Source: Escherichia coli (lineage in GTDB: Bacteria; Pseudomonadota; Gammaproteobacteria; Enterobacterales; Enterobacteriaceae). Taken from it: DNA of 64,000 bases. The position numbers and the translations under genes were made by a program. Location: NCBI RefSeq assembly GCF_003991155.1, contig NZ_CP031293.1; one strand, 5' to 3'. Position 1 is the stretch's first letter. Each line of letters starts with the position of its first letter. The notes beneath the pieces were generated by a model that had not been told where the DNA came from, made no database searches, and saw only the letters and a list, made by a program, of their open reading frames with translations. Positions 21,596-34,696 of the stretch are shown one piece after another.

Positions 21596-22560
21596 TCAGG
21601 CGAGCTGCCGAGGTTGATATTCAGTATTGTGTGACAACATTGACCACATGATCCTCGCTGTTTTTGCCGCCATGGCGACAACAGCTACATTGTAGTGCTT
21701 CCGCTCAAGGAGTCCCTGAAGCCAGGAATTCTCCTCAACCGCGCCGTTTCGGTTGACCCAGGCGGTAAGTGCGCGTGCGCCGTGAACCAGCAGGTATCGG
21801 AAATATCCATCTCCACGTTTGCTGATCCCTCCCAGTTGCTGTTTCCCGCCGCTGGAATGTTCCTTTGGTGTCAGCCCCAGCCATGAAGCGAACTGCTTTG
21901 CGGTACTGAATTGTCGGGCATTACCCACTGCTGCTACCACATAAGTGGCCGTTAGCATGCCAACCCCCGGGATCTTGGCCATTCTCTGGCAGGCTTCCTG
22001 CGTTCTATACCAGGAGGCCAGAGCTTCTTCTACCTGTTTAACTTGTTCTTCAAGTTCCCGGATATGTTTAGACTGTCTGTAGATGCTGGTTCTGACAAAG
22101 GGAGATAAACCATTTTCGCCATCCTCCAGAATGGCTGGCAGCTCACGTGTTAAATGGCTTTGTCCGGCCGCAATCGTAATACCAAACTCAGCAAGTGTGG
22201 CTCTTAAACTATTGGCACAGGCAATCCGCTCACGGATAAGTATTCCCCGTTCAGTGTGTAACGCTAAAACGGCCTGCTGCTCTTCGGTTTTTATCTGAAC
22301 AAAACGCATATTCGGACGGGTTACCGCTTCGCAGATTGCTTCAGCATCTGCTGCATCCGTCTTGTTCGTTTTCACATAAGGCTTCACATACTGCGGAGGT
22401 ATGAGTTTTACCTCATGACCATAGCGGGTGAATAATCGCGCAAAATAATGACTGGATGAGCAGGCTTCCATGCCAATCAGACAAGGTTCCAGTTGAATCA
22501 CAAACTGAACAAACTTAGCCCGGGTGAGCTTTTTACGCAAAATAGTATGGCCTTCATGAT
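21596..22560 (-). pseudogene. IS110-family transposase, C-terminal ~320 codons (gene split by IS3 insertion)
   Basis: Matches IS1111/IS5075-type transposases (LIGMEACSSSHYF, VKTNKTDAADAEAICEA, LGGISKRGDGYFR). The first 16 residues of the ORF-track entry are read from the IS3 left inverted repeat and are artefactual. Confidence 0.8.
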
Positions 22561-23810
<1,250 letters not shown>

Positions 23811-23818
23811 CCACTACA

Positions 23819-23882
23819 GATCGACACCATGAAGCTGAAAAACGTTCTTTGCCAGGTCGATACCAAGAGTTGATACTTTCAT
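23819..23882 (-). pseudogene. IS110-family transposase, N-terminal 21 codons
   Basis: Minus-strand translation gives MKVSTLGIDLAKNVFQLHGVD, which joins in frame to HEGHTILRKK... once the IS3 and one GAT copy are removed. Confidence 0.75.
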
Positions 23883-24221
23883 GTGGACGCTCCTAATTTT
23901 TCAGGACGTATTGCAACGATCCAGTCTGGTACTTTGATACCGTAAAATCTGGAGCGTCCATCTCATTATCCCTGTAAAACGCGCCCTCAGCCCACATCCA
24001 TGTGGGCTGCCCCGCCCTTCAGGGAACGCCTCGGCGATTTTGACGCCACCAACACCGGTGCGGTTTGTAATTAAAGCGCAAGAACATCTTTAAATGAAAA
24101 CGAATACTCTACTGCTCCTTATGCATAACATTTCCTTTTAATTGCAACTTTACTCGTCCTTCCGCTTTCAGTAGTGTGTCATCGCGCATTTCGACTTCAT
24201 CTTTGCAAGGACTGGGTTTTC

Positions 24222-25121
24222 ATGTTTTCTGGGCTGTTAATCATTCTGGTTCCCCTGATTGTGGGTTACCTCATTCCGCTTCGCCAAAAAGCTGCATTAA
24301 GAGTTATTAATCAGCTATTAAGCTGGATGGTTTACCTTATTCTCTTTTTTATGGGTATCAGTCTGGCGTTTCTCGATAACCTCGCCAGTAACCTGTTGGC
24401 GATTCTGCATTATTCTGCTGTCAGTATTACCGTTATTTTACTGTGTAATATTGCCGCCCTGATGTGGCTGGAGCGCGGCCTGCCATGGCGCAACCACCAT
24501 CATCAAGAAAAACTCCCGTCGCGTATTGCGATGGCGCTGGAGTCGCTAAAACTGTGCGGCGTAGTAGTGATTGGTTTTGCCATTGGCCTGAGTGGACTGG
24601 CTTTCTTACAACATGCGACCGAAGCCAGTGAATACACCTTAATTCTGCTACTTTTCCTCGTCGGTATTCAGTTGCGCAATAATGGCATGACCTTAAAGCA
24701 GATTGTCCTTAATCGCCGGGGAATGATTGTCGCCGTGGTGGTGGTTGCCAGTTCATTAATTGGTGGTTTAATTAACGCCTTTATTCTTGATCTTCCCATC
24801 AATACCGCGCTGGCAATGGCCTCCGGTTTCGGCTGGTATTCTCTTTCCGGTATTTTATTGACCGAATCTTTTGGTCCGGTAATCGGGAGCGCGGCGTTTT
24901 TTAATGATCTGGCCCGTGAGCTGATTGCTATTATGTTGATCCCTGGGCTGATTCGCCGTAGCCGCTCGACTGCACTGGGCTTATGTGGTGCGACGTCGAT
25001 GGATTTCACCCTGCCCGTTCTTCAACGTACTGGCGGGCTGGATATGGTCCCGGCGGCGATTGTTCACGGTTTTATTCTTAGCCTGTTAGTGCCGATCCTC
25101 ATCGCCTTTTTCTCTGCATAA
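24222..25121 (+). CDS. lysO: lysine exporter LysO (YbjE)
   Basis: 299-aa membrane protein from MFSGLLIILVPLIVGYLIPL. Confidence 0.85.
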   Translation: MFSGLLIILVPLIVGYLIPLRQKAALRVINQLLSWMVYLILFFMGISLAFLDNLASNLLAILHYSAVSITVILLCNIAALMWLERGLPWRNHHHQEKLPSRIAMALESLKLCGVVVIGFAIGLSGLAFLQHATEASEYTLILLLFLVGIQLRNNGMTLKQIVLNRRGMIVAVVVVASSLIGGLINAFILDLPINTALAMASGFGWYSLSGILLTESFGPVIGSAAFFNDLARELIAIMLIPGLIRRSRSTALGLCGATSMDFTLPVLQRTGGLDMVPAAIVHGFILSLLVPILIAFFSA

Positions 25122-25154
25122 TACCTCTCTGGCGGTAGATCCCTGCCGCCAAAA

Positions 25155-25168
25155 TTGCGCTAAATCAA
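25155..25168. promoter_or_regulatory. FNR-like binding site upstream of hcp
   Basis: TTGCGCTAAATCAA resembles TTGAT-N4-ATCAA; an AT-rich palindrome-like NsrR-type sequence follows at ~25229-25250. Confidence 0.4.
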
Positions 25169-25264
25169 TCTCCCCTAAAGTTGCATTAAAAATCTCTTTT
25201 ATCCCCGCGTTAAGCGTCTTAACCTTAAACATGTATATTAAATATAACTTTAAAAGGTGTGATC

Positions 25265-26917
25265 ATGTTTTGTGTGCAATGTGAACAAACTATCCGTACT
25301 CCGGCAGGAAACGGCTGCTCATACGCGCAGGGGATGTGTGGTAAAACGGCGGAAACCTCTGACCTTCAGGATTTACTCATCGCGACGCTGCAAGGGCTTT
25401 CGGCCTGGGCAGTGAAAGCACGTGAATACGGCATCATCAACCACGATGTAGACAGCTTTGCGCCACGTGCCTTTTTCTCAACCCTGACCAACGTTAACTT
25501 CGATTCTCCGCGTATTGTCGGCTACGCTCGTGAAGCGATTGCCCTGCGCGAGGCGCTGAAAGCACAGTGCCTGGCTGTAGATGCCAACGCCCGCGTCGAT
25601 AACCCGATGGCTGACCTGCAACTGGTGAGTGACGATCTCGGCGAGCTGCAACGTCAGGCGGCGGAATTTACTCCCAATAAAGATAAAGCTGCGATTGGCG
25701 AAAACATTCTCGGCCTGCGTCTGCTGTGCCTGTATGGCCTGAAAGGTGCGGCGGCCTATATGGAACACGCACACGTTCTCGGTCAATACGACAACGATAT
25801 TTATGCCCAGTACCATAAAATCATGGCGTGGCTGGGGACCTGGCCTGCCGATATGAACGCGCTTCTTGAGTGTTCAATGGAAATCGGCCAGATGAACTTC
25901 AAAGTGATGAGCATTCTGGATGCAGGCGAAACCAGTAAATACGGTCACCCGACGCCAACCCAGGTCAACGTCAAAGCGACGGCAGGTAAATGCATTCTGA
26001 TTTCCGGTCACGATCTCAAAGATCTCTACAACCTGCTGGAACAGACCGAAGGCACGGGCGTTAATGTCTACACCCACGGTGAAATGCTGCCTGCGCATGG
26101 CTACCCGGAGCTGCGTAAATTCAAGCATCTGGTCGGTAACTACGGCAGCGGCTGGCAGAATCAGCAAGTGGAGTTCGCTCGTTTCCCTGGCCCCATCGTG
26201 ATGACCTCGAACTGCATCATCGACCCAACCGTAGGCGCTTATGACGATCGTATCTGGACCCGCAGCATCGTTGGCTGGCCGGGTGTGCGTCATCTGGATG
26301 GCGAAGATTTCTCTGCGGTCATCGCCCAGGCGCAACAGATGGCGGGCTTCCCGTACAGCGAAATTCCGCACCTGATCACCGTGGGCTTTGGTCGCCAGAC
26401 ACTGCTTGGCGCAGCCGATATGCTGATTGATCTGGTGAGCCGTGAAAAACTGCGTCATATCTTCCTGCTTGGCGGCTGTGACGGCGCACGCGGCGAGCGT
26501 CACTACTTCACCGATTTCGCCACCAGCGTGCCGGATGACTGCCTGATCCTGACCCTCGCTTGCGGTAAATATCGCTTTAATAAACTTGAGTTTGGCGATA
26601 TCGAAGGTCTGCCGCGTCTGGTAGATGCTGGTCAGTGTAACGATGCTTACTCAGCAATTATTCTGGCGGTAACGCTGGCAGAGAAACTGGGCTGCGGAGT
26701 CAACGATCTGCCGCTGTCGCTGGTGCTCTCCTGGTTTGAACAGAAAGCGATTGTCATTCTGCTGACGCTGCTTTCTCTGGGTGTGAAAAATATCGTCACC
26801 GGCCCGACTGCACCTGGTTTCCTGACACCAGACCTGCTGGCGGTGCTGAACGAGAAATTCGGCCTGCGTTCTATCACCACTGTTGAAGAAGACATGAAGC
26901 AACTGTTGAGCGCGTAA
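25265..26917 (+). CDS. hcp: hybrid-cluster protein / hydroxylamine reductase Hcp
   Basis: N-terminal Cys cluster MFCVQCEQT...GNGCSY...MCGK; 550 aa. Confidence 0.92.
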   Translation: MFCVQCEQTIRTPAGNGCSYAQGMCGKTAETSDLQDLLIATLQGLSAWAVKAREYGIINHDVDSFAPRAFFSTLTNVNFDSPRIVGYAREAIALREALKAQCLAVDANARVDNPMADLQLVSDDLGELQRQAAEFTPNKDKAAIGENILGLRLLCLYGLKGAAAYMEHAHVLGQYDNDIYAQYHKIMAWLGTWPADMNALLECSMEIGQMNFKVMSILDAGETSKYGHPTPTQVNVKATAGKCILISGHDLKDLYNLLEQTEGTGVNVYTHGEMLPAHGYPELRKFKHLVGNYGSGWQNQQVEFARFPGPIVMTSNCIIDPTVGAYDDRIWTRSIVGWPGVRHLDGEDFSAVIAQAQQMAGFPYSEIPHLITVGFGRQTLLGAADMLIDLVSREKLRHIFLLGGCDGARGERHYFTDFATSVPDDCLILTLACGKYRFNKLEFGDIEGLPRLVDAGQCNDAYSAIILAVTLAEKLGCGVNDLPLSLVLSWFEQKAIVILLTLLSLGVKNIVTGPTAPGFLTPDLLAVLNEKFGLRSITTVEEDMKQLLSA

Positions 26918-26928
26918 GGAGTTTGTCG

Positions 26929-27897
26929 ATGACGATGCCAACGAATCAATGCCCGTGGCGGATGCAGGTTCATCACATTACGCAAGAAACGCCGGATGTG
27001 TGGACGATTTCCCTGATTTGCCACGATTACTACCCATATCGCGCCGGGCAATATGCACTGGTCAGCGTGCGTAACTCAGCGGAAACGCTGCGTGCTTACA
27101 CCATTTCCTCCACGCCAGGCGTGAGTGAATACATTACCCTGACTGTGCGGCGGATTGATGACGGTGTCGGCTCCCAGTGGCTGACGCGCGATGTAAAACG
27201 CGGTGATTATCTCTGGCTTTCGGACGCGATGGGGGAATTTACCTGCGACGATAAAGCAGAAGATAAATTCCTGTTGCTGGCGGCAGGCTGCGGCGTTACG
27301 CCGATTATGTCGATGCGTCGCTGGCTGGCGAAGAACCGTCCACAGGCCGATGTGCAGGTGATCTACAACGTGCGTACGCCGCAGGATGTGATTTTCGCCG
27401 ATGAGTGGCGTAACTATCCGGTAACGCTGGTGGCGGAAAATAACGTTACCGAAGGCTTTATCGCTGGTCGTCTCACTCGCGAACTGCTGGCAGGTGTCCC
27501 TGATTTAGCCTCACGTACCGTGATGACCTGTGGCCCTGCTCCATATATGGATTGGGTAGAGCAGGAAGTGAAAGCGCTCGGCGTGACGCGTTTCTTTAAA
27601 GAGAAATTCTTCACCCCAGTAGCGGAAGCGGCGACCAGCGGTCTGAAATTCACCAAACTGCAACCGGCACGAGAATTTTACGCCCCGGTTGGCACCACGC
27701 TACTGGAGGCGCTGGAAAGCAATAACGTTCCGGTTGTCGCCGCCTGCCGTGCAGGTGTTTGCGGCTGCTGTAAGACAAAAGTGGTTTCCGGTGAATATAC
27801 GGTGAGCAGCACAATGACGCTGACCGACGCCGAAATCGCTGAAGGTTACGTGCTGGCCTGCTCCTGCCATCCGCAGGGAGATTTGGTTCTCGCATAA
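26929..27897 (+). CDS. hcr: NADH oxidoreductase Hcr (FAD plus 2Fe-2S)
   Basis: C-terminal ferredoxin motif CRAGVCGCCKTKV; 322 aa; 12 bp after hcp. Confidence 0.9.
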   Translation: MTMPTNQCPWRMQVHHITQETPDVWTISLICHDYYPYRAGQYALVSVRNSAETLRAYTISSTPGVSEYITLTVRRIDDGVGSQWLTRDVKRGDYLWLSDAMGEFTCDDKAEDKFLLLAAGCGVTPIMSMRRWLAKNRPQADVQVIYNVRTPQDVIFADEWRNYPVTLVAENNVTEGFIAGRLTRELLAGVPDLASRTVMTCGPAPYMDWVEQEVKALGVTRFFKEKFFTPVAEAATSGLKFTKLQPAREFYAPVGTTLLEALESNNVPVVAACRAGVCGCCKTKVVSGEYTVSSTMTLTDAEIAEGYVLACSCHPQGDLVLA

Positions 27898-28029
27898 TCG
27901 CCTGATGCCCGATGATATTCCTTTCATCGGGCTATTTAACCGTTAGTGCCTCCTTTTTCTCCCATCCCTTCCCCCTCCGTCAGATGAACTAAACTTGTTA
28001 CCGTTATCACATTCAGGAGATGGAGAACC

Positions 28030-29748
28030 ATGAAACAAACGGTTGCAGCTTATATCGCCAAAACACTCGAATCGGCAGGCGTGAAACGCATCTGGGGAGT
28101 CACGGGCGACTCTCTGAACGGTCTTAGTGACAGTCTTAATCGCATGGGCACCATCGAGTGGATGTCCACCCGCCATGAAGAAGTAGCGGCGTTTGCCGCT
28201 GGCGCTGAAGCACAACTTTCAGGAGAACTGGCGGTCTGTGCCGGATCGTGCGGCCCCGGCAACCTGCACTTAATCAACGGCCTGTTCGATTGCCACCGCA
28301 ATCACGTTCCGGTACTGGCGATTGCCGCTCATATTCCCTCCAGCGAAATTGGCAGCGGCTATTTCCAGGAAACCCACCCACAAGAGCTATTCCGCGAATG
28401 TAGTCACTATTGCGAGCTGGTTTCCAGCCCGGAGCAAATCCCACAAGTGCTGGCGATTGCCATGCGCAAAGCAGTGCTAAACCGTGGCGTTTCCGTTGTC
28501 GTGTTACCGGGCGACGTGGCGTTAAAACCTGCACCAGAAGGGGCAACTACCCACTGGTATCATGCGCCACAGCCAGTCGTGACGCCGGAAGAAGAAGAGT
28601 TACGCAAACTGGCGCAACTGCTGCGTTACTCCAGCAATATCGCCCTGATGTGCGGCAGTGGCTGCGCGGGGGCGCATAAAGAGTTAGTTGAGTTTGCCGG
28701 GAAAATTAAAGCGCCTATTGTTCATGCCCTGCGCGGTAAAGAGCATGTCGAATACGATAACCCGTATGATGTCGGAATGACGGGATTAATCGGCTTCTCG
28801 TCAGGTTTCCATACCATGATGAATGCCGATACGTTAGTGCTGCTCGGCACGCAATTTCCCTACCGCGCGTTCTACCCGACCGATGCCAAAATTATTCAGA
28901 TTGATATCAACCCAGCCAGCATCGGCGCGCATAGCAAGGTAGATATGGCGCTGGTCGGCGATATCAAATCAACCCTGCGGGCATTGCTGCCACTGGTGGA
29001 AGAAAAAACCGATCGCAAGTTTCTGGATAAAGCGCTGGAAGATTACCGCGACGCCCGCAAAGGGCTGGATGATTTAGCTAAACCGAGCGAGAAAGCCATT
29101 CACCCGCAATATCTGGCGCAGCAAATTAGTCATTTTGCCGCCGATGACGCCATCTTTACCTGTGACGTTGGTACGCCAACGGTGTGGGCGGCACGTTATC
29201 TGAAAATGAACGGCAAGCGTCGTCTGTTAGGTTCGTTTAACCACGGTTCGATGGCTAACGCCATGCCGCAGGCGCTGGGTGCGCAGGCAACCGAGCCGGA
29301 ACGTCAGGTGGTCGCCATGTGCGGCGATGGCGGTTTCAGTATGTTGATGGGCGATTTCCTCTCAGTAATGCAGATGAAATTGCCAGTGAAAATTATCGTC
29401 TTTAATAACAGCGTGCTGGGCTTTGTGGCGATGGAGATGAAAGCCGGAGGCTACCTGACAGACGGTACTGAGCTGCACGACACCAACTTTGCCCGCATTG
29501 CCGAAGCGTGCGGAATTACGGGTATTCGCGTGGAAAAAGCCTCTGAAGTCGATGAAGCCCTGCAACGCGCCTTTTCCATCGACGGTCCGGTGTTGGTGGA
29601 TGTGGTAGTAGCCAAAGAAGAGTTAGCCATTCCACCGCAGATCAAACTTGAACAGGCCAAAGGATTTAGCTTGTATATGTTGCGCGCAATCATCAGCGGA
29701 CGCGGTGATGAAGTGATCGAACTGGCGAAAACGAACTGGCTAAGGTAA
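28030..29748 (+). CDS. poxB: pyruvate oxidase (ubiquinone-dependent) PoxB
   Basis: 572-aa TPP enzyme, [30 protein letters not shown]. Confidence 0.92.
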   Translation: MKQTVAAYIAKTLESAGVKRIWGVTGDSLNGLSDSLNRMGTIEWMSTRHEEVAAFAAGAEAQLSGELAVCAGSCGPGNLHLINGLFDCHRNHVPVLAIAAHIPSSEIGSGYFQETHPQELFRECSHYCELVSSPEQIPQVLAIAMRKAVLNRGVSVVVLPGDVALKPAPEGATTHWYHAPQPVVTPEEEELRKLAQLLRYSSNIALMCGSGCAGAHKELVEFAGKIKAPIVHALRGKEHVEYDNPYDVGMTGLIGFSSGFHTMMNADTLVLLGTQFPYRAFYPTDAKIIQIDINPASIGAHSKVDMALVGDIKSTLRALLPLVEEKTDRKFLDKALEDYRDARKGLDDLAKPSEKAIHPQYLAQQISHFAADDAIFTCDVGTPTVWAARYLKMNGKRRLLGSFNHGSMANAMPQALGAQATEPERQVVAMCGDGGFSMLMGDFLSVMQMKLPVKIIVFNNSVLGFVAMEMKAGGYLTDGTELHDTNFARIAEACGITGIRVEKASEVDEALQRAFSIDGPVLVDVVVAKEELAIPPQIKLEQAKGFSLYMLRAIISGRGDEVIELAKTNWLR

Positions 29749-29784
29749 AAAGGGTGGCATTTCCCGTCATAATAAGGACATGCC

Positions 29785-30786
29785 ATGATTGATTTACGCA
29801 GTGATACCGTTACCCGACCGAGCCGCGCCATGCTCGAAGCGATGATGGCCGCCCCGGTTGGGGACGACGTTTACGGAGACGACCCTACCGTTAATGCTCT
29901 GCAGGACTATGCAGCAGAGCTTTCCGGTAAAGAAGCCGCCATTTTTCTGCCGACCGGCACCCAGGCTAACCTGGTCGCTCTGCTCAGTCACTGCGAACGC
30001 GGCGAAGAGTATATTGTCGGTCAGGCCGCACACAACTATCTGTTTGAAGCCGGTGGCGCAGCGGTGCTGGGCAGTATTCAACCGCAACCCATCGACGCGG
30101 CTGCCGACGGCACGCTACCGCTGGATAAAGTGGCGATGAAAATCAAACCCGACGATATCCATTTCGCCCGCACCAAATTACTCAGTCTGGAAAACACTCA
30201 CAACGGCAAAGTGCTGCCGCGTGAATACCTCAAAGAAGCATGGGAATTTACCCGCGAGCGCAATCTGGCGCTGCATGTGGACGGTGCGCGCATCTTTAAT
30301 GCTGTGGTGGCTTACGGCTGCGAACTGAAAGAGATCACACAATATTGTGATTCGTTCACCATTTGCCTGTCGAAAGGTCTTGGGACGCCAGTCGGTTCAT
30401 TACTCGTCGGTAATCGTGATTACATTAAACGTGCCATTCGCTGGCGGAAAATGACAGGTGGCGGGATGCGCCAGTCCGGCATTCTGGCTGCCGCCGGAAT
30501 ATATGCCCTGAAAAATAACGTTGCGCGCTTGCAGGAAGACCACGACAACGCTGCCTGGATGGCGGAGCAGCTGCGTGAAGCAGGCGCGGATGTGATGCGT
30601 CAGGACACCAATATGCTGTTTGTTCGCGTCGGGGAAGAAAATGCTGCCGCGTTAGGCGAATACATGAAAGCGAGAAACGTGCTGATTAACGCCTCGCCGA
30701 TTGTCCGCCTGGTGACGCATCTTGACGTCTCGCGCGCTCAGCTGGCGGAAGTCGCCGCCCACTGGCGCGCATTCCTGGCGCGTTAA
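29785..30786 (+). CDS. ltaE: low-specificity L-threonine aldolase LtaE
   Basis: 333 aa, PLP-aldolase family. Confidence 0.9.
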   Translation: MIDLRSDTVTRPSRAMLEAMMAAPVGDDVYGDDPTVNALQDYAAELSGKEAAIFLPTGTQANLVALLSHCERGEEYIVGQAAHNYLFEAGGAAVLGSIQPQPIDAAADGTLPLDKVAMKIKPDDIHFARTKLLSLENTHNGKVLPREYLKEAWEFTRERNLALHVDGARIFNAVVAYGCELKEITQYCDSFTICLSKGLGTPVGSLLVGNRDYIKRAIRWRKMTGGGMRQSGILAAAGIYALKNNVARLQEDHDNAAWMAEQLREAGADVMRQDTNMLFVRVGEENAAALGEYMKARNVLINASPIVRLVTHLDVSRAQLAEVAAHWRAFLAR

Positions 30787-30796
30787 GGAGGGAGAC

Positions 30797-32227
30797 GTGC
30801 CGCAACGCATTTTAGTTCTCGGTGCCAGTGGCTACATTGGTCAGCATCTGGTGCGAACACTCAGCCAGCAGGGGCATCAGATCCTGGCGGCGGCACGTCA
30901 TGTCGACAGGCTTGCAAAGCTGCAACTGGCAAATGTCAGTTGCCATAAAGTCGATCTCAGCTGGCCGGATAACCTTCCGGCCCTGTTGCAGGATATCGAT
31001 ACGGTCTATTTTCTGGTGCACAGCATGGGCGAAGGCGGCGATTTTATCGCTCAGGAGCGCCAGGTGGCTCTCAACGTCCGCGATGCGCTACGTGAAGTCC
31101 CAGTTAAGCAATTAATCTTTCTCAGTTCGTTGCAGGCCCCGCCACATGAGCAGTCGGACCATCTGCGCGCCCGTCAGGCTACGGCGGATATTCTTCGTGA
31201 AGCGGGTGTCCCGGTGACCGAATTGCGTGCCGGAATAATCGTTGGTGCAGGTTCAGCGGCGTTCGAAGTCATGCGCGATATGGTCTACAACCTGCCAGTG
31301 TTAACGCCGCCACGCTGGGTTCGTTCACGCACCACGCCCATCGCGCTGGAAAACTTGCTGCACTATCTGGTGGCGCTGTTAGATCATCCGGCCAGCGAAC
31401 ATCGCATCTTCGAAGCCGCCGGACCAGAAGTGCTCAGTTATCAGCAACAGTTTGAACATTTTATGGCGGTGAGCGGTAAGCGCCGCTGGTTGATCCCCAT
31501 CCCCTTTCCGACCCGCTGGATTTCGGTGTGGTTTCTCAATGTGATTACTTCCGTACCGCCCACCACCGCCAAAGCGTTGATTCAGGGGCTGAAACACGAT
31601 CTGCTGGCAGATGACACCGCGTTACGTGCACTCATCCCACAACGGCTGATTGCTTTCGATGACGCGGTACGTCGCACCCTGAAAGAGGAAGAAAAGCTGG
31701 TCAACTCCAGCGACTGGGGATACGACGCTCAGGCCTTTGCCCGCTGGCGACCGGAGTACGGTTATTTCGCCAAACAGGCGGGGTTTACCGTTAAAACGTC
31801 CGCCAGCCTTGCGGCTTTATGGCAGGTGGTGAATCAAATCGGCGGTAGAGAGCGTTATTTCTTTGGTAATATTTTGTGGCAGACCCGGGCGCTGATGGAC
31901 CGCGCGATCGGTCATAAGCTGGCAAAAGGCCGCCCGGAGCGTGAATATTTGCAGACCGGAGATGCGGTGGATAGCTGGAAAGTGATTGTCGTTGAACCGC
32001 AAAAAAAACTTACGCTGTTATTTGGCATGAAAGCGCCGGGGCTGGGACGACTGTGTTTTACCCTGGAAGATAAAGGTGACTATCGTACTATCGATGTTCG
32101 CGCATTCTGGCATCCGCACGGTATGCCAGGGTTGTTTTACTGGTTATTGATGATCCCCGCGCATCTGTTTATTTTTCGCGGAATGGCAAAACGAATCGCC
32201 AGACTGGCAGAACAAAGCACAGATTAA
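30797..32227 (+). CDS. ybjT: NAD(P)-binding epimerase/dehydratase-family protein YbjT
   Basis: GTG start preceded by AAGGAGGGAG; Rossmann motif [13 protein letters not shown]; 476 aa. Confidence 0.8.
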   Translation: MPQRILVLGASGYIGQHLVRTLSQQGHQILAAARHVDRLAKLQLANVSCHKVDLSWPDNLPALLQDIDTVYFLVHSMGEGGDFIAQERQVALNVRDALREVPVKQLIFLSSLQAPPHEQSDHLRARQATADILREAGVPVTELRAGIIVGAGSAAFEVMRDMVYNLPVLTPPRWVRSRTTPIALENLLHYLVALLDHPASEHRIFEAAGPEVLSYQQQFEHFMAVSGKRRWLIPIPFPTRWISVWFLNVITSVPPTTAKALIQGLKHDLLADDTALRALIPQRLIAFDDAVRRTLKEEEKLVNSSDWGYDAQAFARWRPEYGYFAKQAGFTVKTSASLAALWQVVNQIGGRERYFFGNILWQTRALMDRAIGHKLAKGRPEREYLQTGDAVDSWKVIVVEPQKKLTLLFGMKAPGLGRLCFTLEDKGDYRTIDVRAFWHPHGMPGLFYWLLMIPAHLFIFRGMAKRIARLAEQSTD

Positions 32228-32325
32228 TCGACAAAACCTGCGTTATTCTTTCATGTTTCCCATTGCATCATGGAGGAAATCACGGAAGAATGCGCACGTT
32301 ATTTTCTCAACAACAGTGGATTGAT

Positions 32326-33339
32326 ATGAAGGTACTGGTTACCGGCGCCACCAGCGGCTTAGGTCGAAACGCGGTAGAGTTTTTATGCCAGAAAGGCATC
32401 AGCGTGCGAGCGACCGGTCGCAACGAGGCAATGGGTAAATTGCTGGAAAAAATGGGCGCAGAGTTTGTTCCGGCGGATCTGACCGAGCTGGTCTCATCAC
32501 AAGCTAAAGTGATGCTCGCGGGCATTGATACGCTGTGGCACTGCTCCAGCTTTACCTCGCCCTGGGGGACACAACAGGCTTTCGATCTGGCTAACGTTCG
32601 CGCCACTCGCCGCCTGGGTGAATGGGCTGTCGCCTGGGGTGTGCGTAACTTTATTCATATCTCTTCCCCCTCCCTGTACTTCGATTATCACCACCATCGC
32701 GATATTAAAGAAGATTTTCGCCCTCACCGCTTCGCTAACGAGTTTGCCCGTAGCAAAGCAGCCAGCGAAGAAGTGATCAATATGCTTTCGCAGGCAAATC
32801 CACAAACGCGCTTTACTATTCTGCGCCCACAAAGTCTGTTCGGACCGCACGATAAAGTCTTTATCCCCCGTCTGGCGCATATGATGCACCACTACGGCAG
32901 CATTCTGTTACCGCACGGCGGCAGTGCGCTGGTCGATATGACCTACTATGAAAATGCCGTGCACGCCATGTGGCTGGCAAGCCAGGAAGCCTGCGATAAG
33001 CTACCTTCCGGGCGTGTGTACAACATCACCAACGGCGAGCATCGCACACTGCGCAGCATCGTGCAGAAGCTGATCGACGAGTTGAATATTGACTGTCGTA
33101 TTCGTTCGGTTCCTTACCCGATGCTGGATATGATCGCCCGCAGCATGGAGCGTTTAGGCCGCAAGTCAGCAAAAGAGCCGCCGCTGACCCACTACGGCGT
33201 CTCCAAGTTGAATTTTGACTTTACGCTGGATATTACGCGTGCGCAGGAAGAGTTAGGTTATCAGCCAGTCATCACCCTGGATGAAGGTATCGAGAAAACT
33301 GCCGCCTGGCTACGCGACCACGGAAAACTGCCGCGCTAA
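32326..33339 (+). CDS. ybjS: NAD(P)-dependent oxidoreductase YbjS
   Basis: Start at [13 protein letters not shown] (Rossmann fold); 337 aa. Confidence 0.8.
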   Translation: MKVLVTGATSGLGRNAVEFLCQKGISVRATGRNEAMGKLLEKMGAEFVPADLTELVSSQAKVMLAGIDTLWHCSSFTSPWGTQQAFDLANVRATRRLGEWAVAWGVRNFIHISSPSLYFDYHHHRDIKEDFRPHRFANEFARSKAASEEVINMLSQANPQTRFTILRPQSLFGPHDKVFIPRLAHMMHHYGSILLPHGGSALVDMTYYENAVHAMWLASQEACDKLPSGRVYNITNGEHRTLRSIVQKLIDELNIDCRIRSVPYPMLDMIARSMERLGRKSAKEPPLTHYGVSKLNFDFTLDITRAQEELGYQPVITLDEGIEKTAAWLRDHGKLPR

Positions 33340-34166
33340 TCCTGCCCGTATTTCTCCAGCAACGCTTCGGCAATTGCCTGTGTTTCTGCATCCGCTTCGC
33401 CGTTGTATAACGTCGGGCGGAAATGCATCTGGAACGCCATAATCACGCGCCGCTGCTCGCGCGGTGTCATATCAGGTTTAACGTCATAACCGTAGCGCGC
33501 CAAAAGCTCCAGCAATGATGCGGTATCTACCGGTGTGTGCGGCGCGCGCCCGGCAAGGTAAAAGTTCACCCGCTGCGCATCCGGCCAGGCACCAATCCCC
33601 TGCTGCGCCAGTTGCTGCCAGGGAAATAATGGCCCCGGATCGTCTTTGCGCTGCGGGGCGATATCCGCATGTGCCACTACGTTTTCCGGCTTGATGTGAT
33701 AACGGGCAATAATATCTTTCGCCAGTGGAATAAGCGCCTGAATCTGTGCCGGTTCAAACGGGGCAAAATATTTCACTCCGGCTGATTTCTGCCAGCCACG
33801 GTTTTCCAGCTCAATGCCAATAGAGGTGTCGTTAAGGCGCGTTGCCCCGCGCCAGGCGCTAATCCCCGCATGCCAGGCCAGTTCCTGTTCCGGCACCAGT
33901 TGCCAGATGCGCGGTTTACCGTTGTATCGCGGTGGCACCGCAGGGACCAGATAATGCGAGCTGACCTGCTTGTCGGTCAGTGTCGCCAGCGAGCTATCAA
34001 AATCATCTGCGGTGTAGTGGATAACCAGCACTTTAATGCGCGGATACGCCGCCTGCGCCTGGCGTCGGGTATCAAGCTGATATCCCTCTTTCTCGACAAT
34101 GCCCTTTTCGCCGGCACACCCTGCCAGTAACAGAGCGGCGGCGACCAGCCAGAAGACTCTTCTCAT
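33336..34166 (-). CDS. amiD: N-acetylmuramoyl-L-alanine amidase lipoprotein AmiD
   Basis: Lipobox LLAGCAG; amidase_2 family; 276 aa. Confidence 0.9.
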
Positions 34167-34486
34167 CGACGCGTTTTCACCGCCGTACCGCTGACGCTAA
34201 CCATCAGCATACTGCCGTTTTGCCCGACCGTTTCATAGTCGATATCAATACCGACTACGGCATCGGCCCCCAGCGCCCGGGCCTGATCGCCGAGCTCCTC
34301 AAAGGCGATCTCCCGCGCTTTACGCAATTCTTTTTCATAAGCCCCGGAGCGTCCGCCAACGATATCGCGGATACCGGCAAAGAAATCACGGAAAATATTG
34401 GCACCTAAAATCGCTTCGCCGGTCACCACACCGCAATATTCGACGATGGTCTGGCCTTCCAGAGTTGGGGTTGTAGAAAATTGCAT
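34163..34486 (-). CDS. ybjQ: UPF0145 protein YbjQ
   Basis: 107 aa; overlaps amiD start. Confidence 0.85.
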
Positions 34487-34696
34487 GATCGATCTCCTTG
34501 TTTGTTAAGCCTTCGATCTCTAAAGCATTATCGGACTGATATGCCATGTTGGGAAGAAGGTTTTGATCAGTTTAGGAAATCATCTCATTGTGTCAAAAGC
34601 AGGTACATAAGCCTGTACAATTATCTGTTTCGTAACCGGATATTGGTTTTATTATGGAGCACCGCTTACCTGTCGTATTATGTAGTACCAGCAACA

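Noticed and set aside
25874-26503. 209-aa minus-strand ORF inside hcp
   Set aside because: Antisense to the hybrid-cluster protein gene; no supporting signals.
30722-32326. Over-extended starts for ybjT (overlapping ltaE) and ybjS
   Set aside because: Rossmann-fold motifs begin ~25 and ~21 residues in; a GTG with strong RBS (ybjT) and ATG before [11 protein letters not shown] (ybjS) are more plausible starts.
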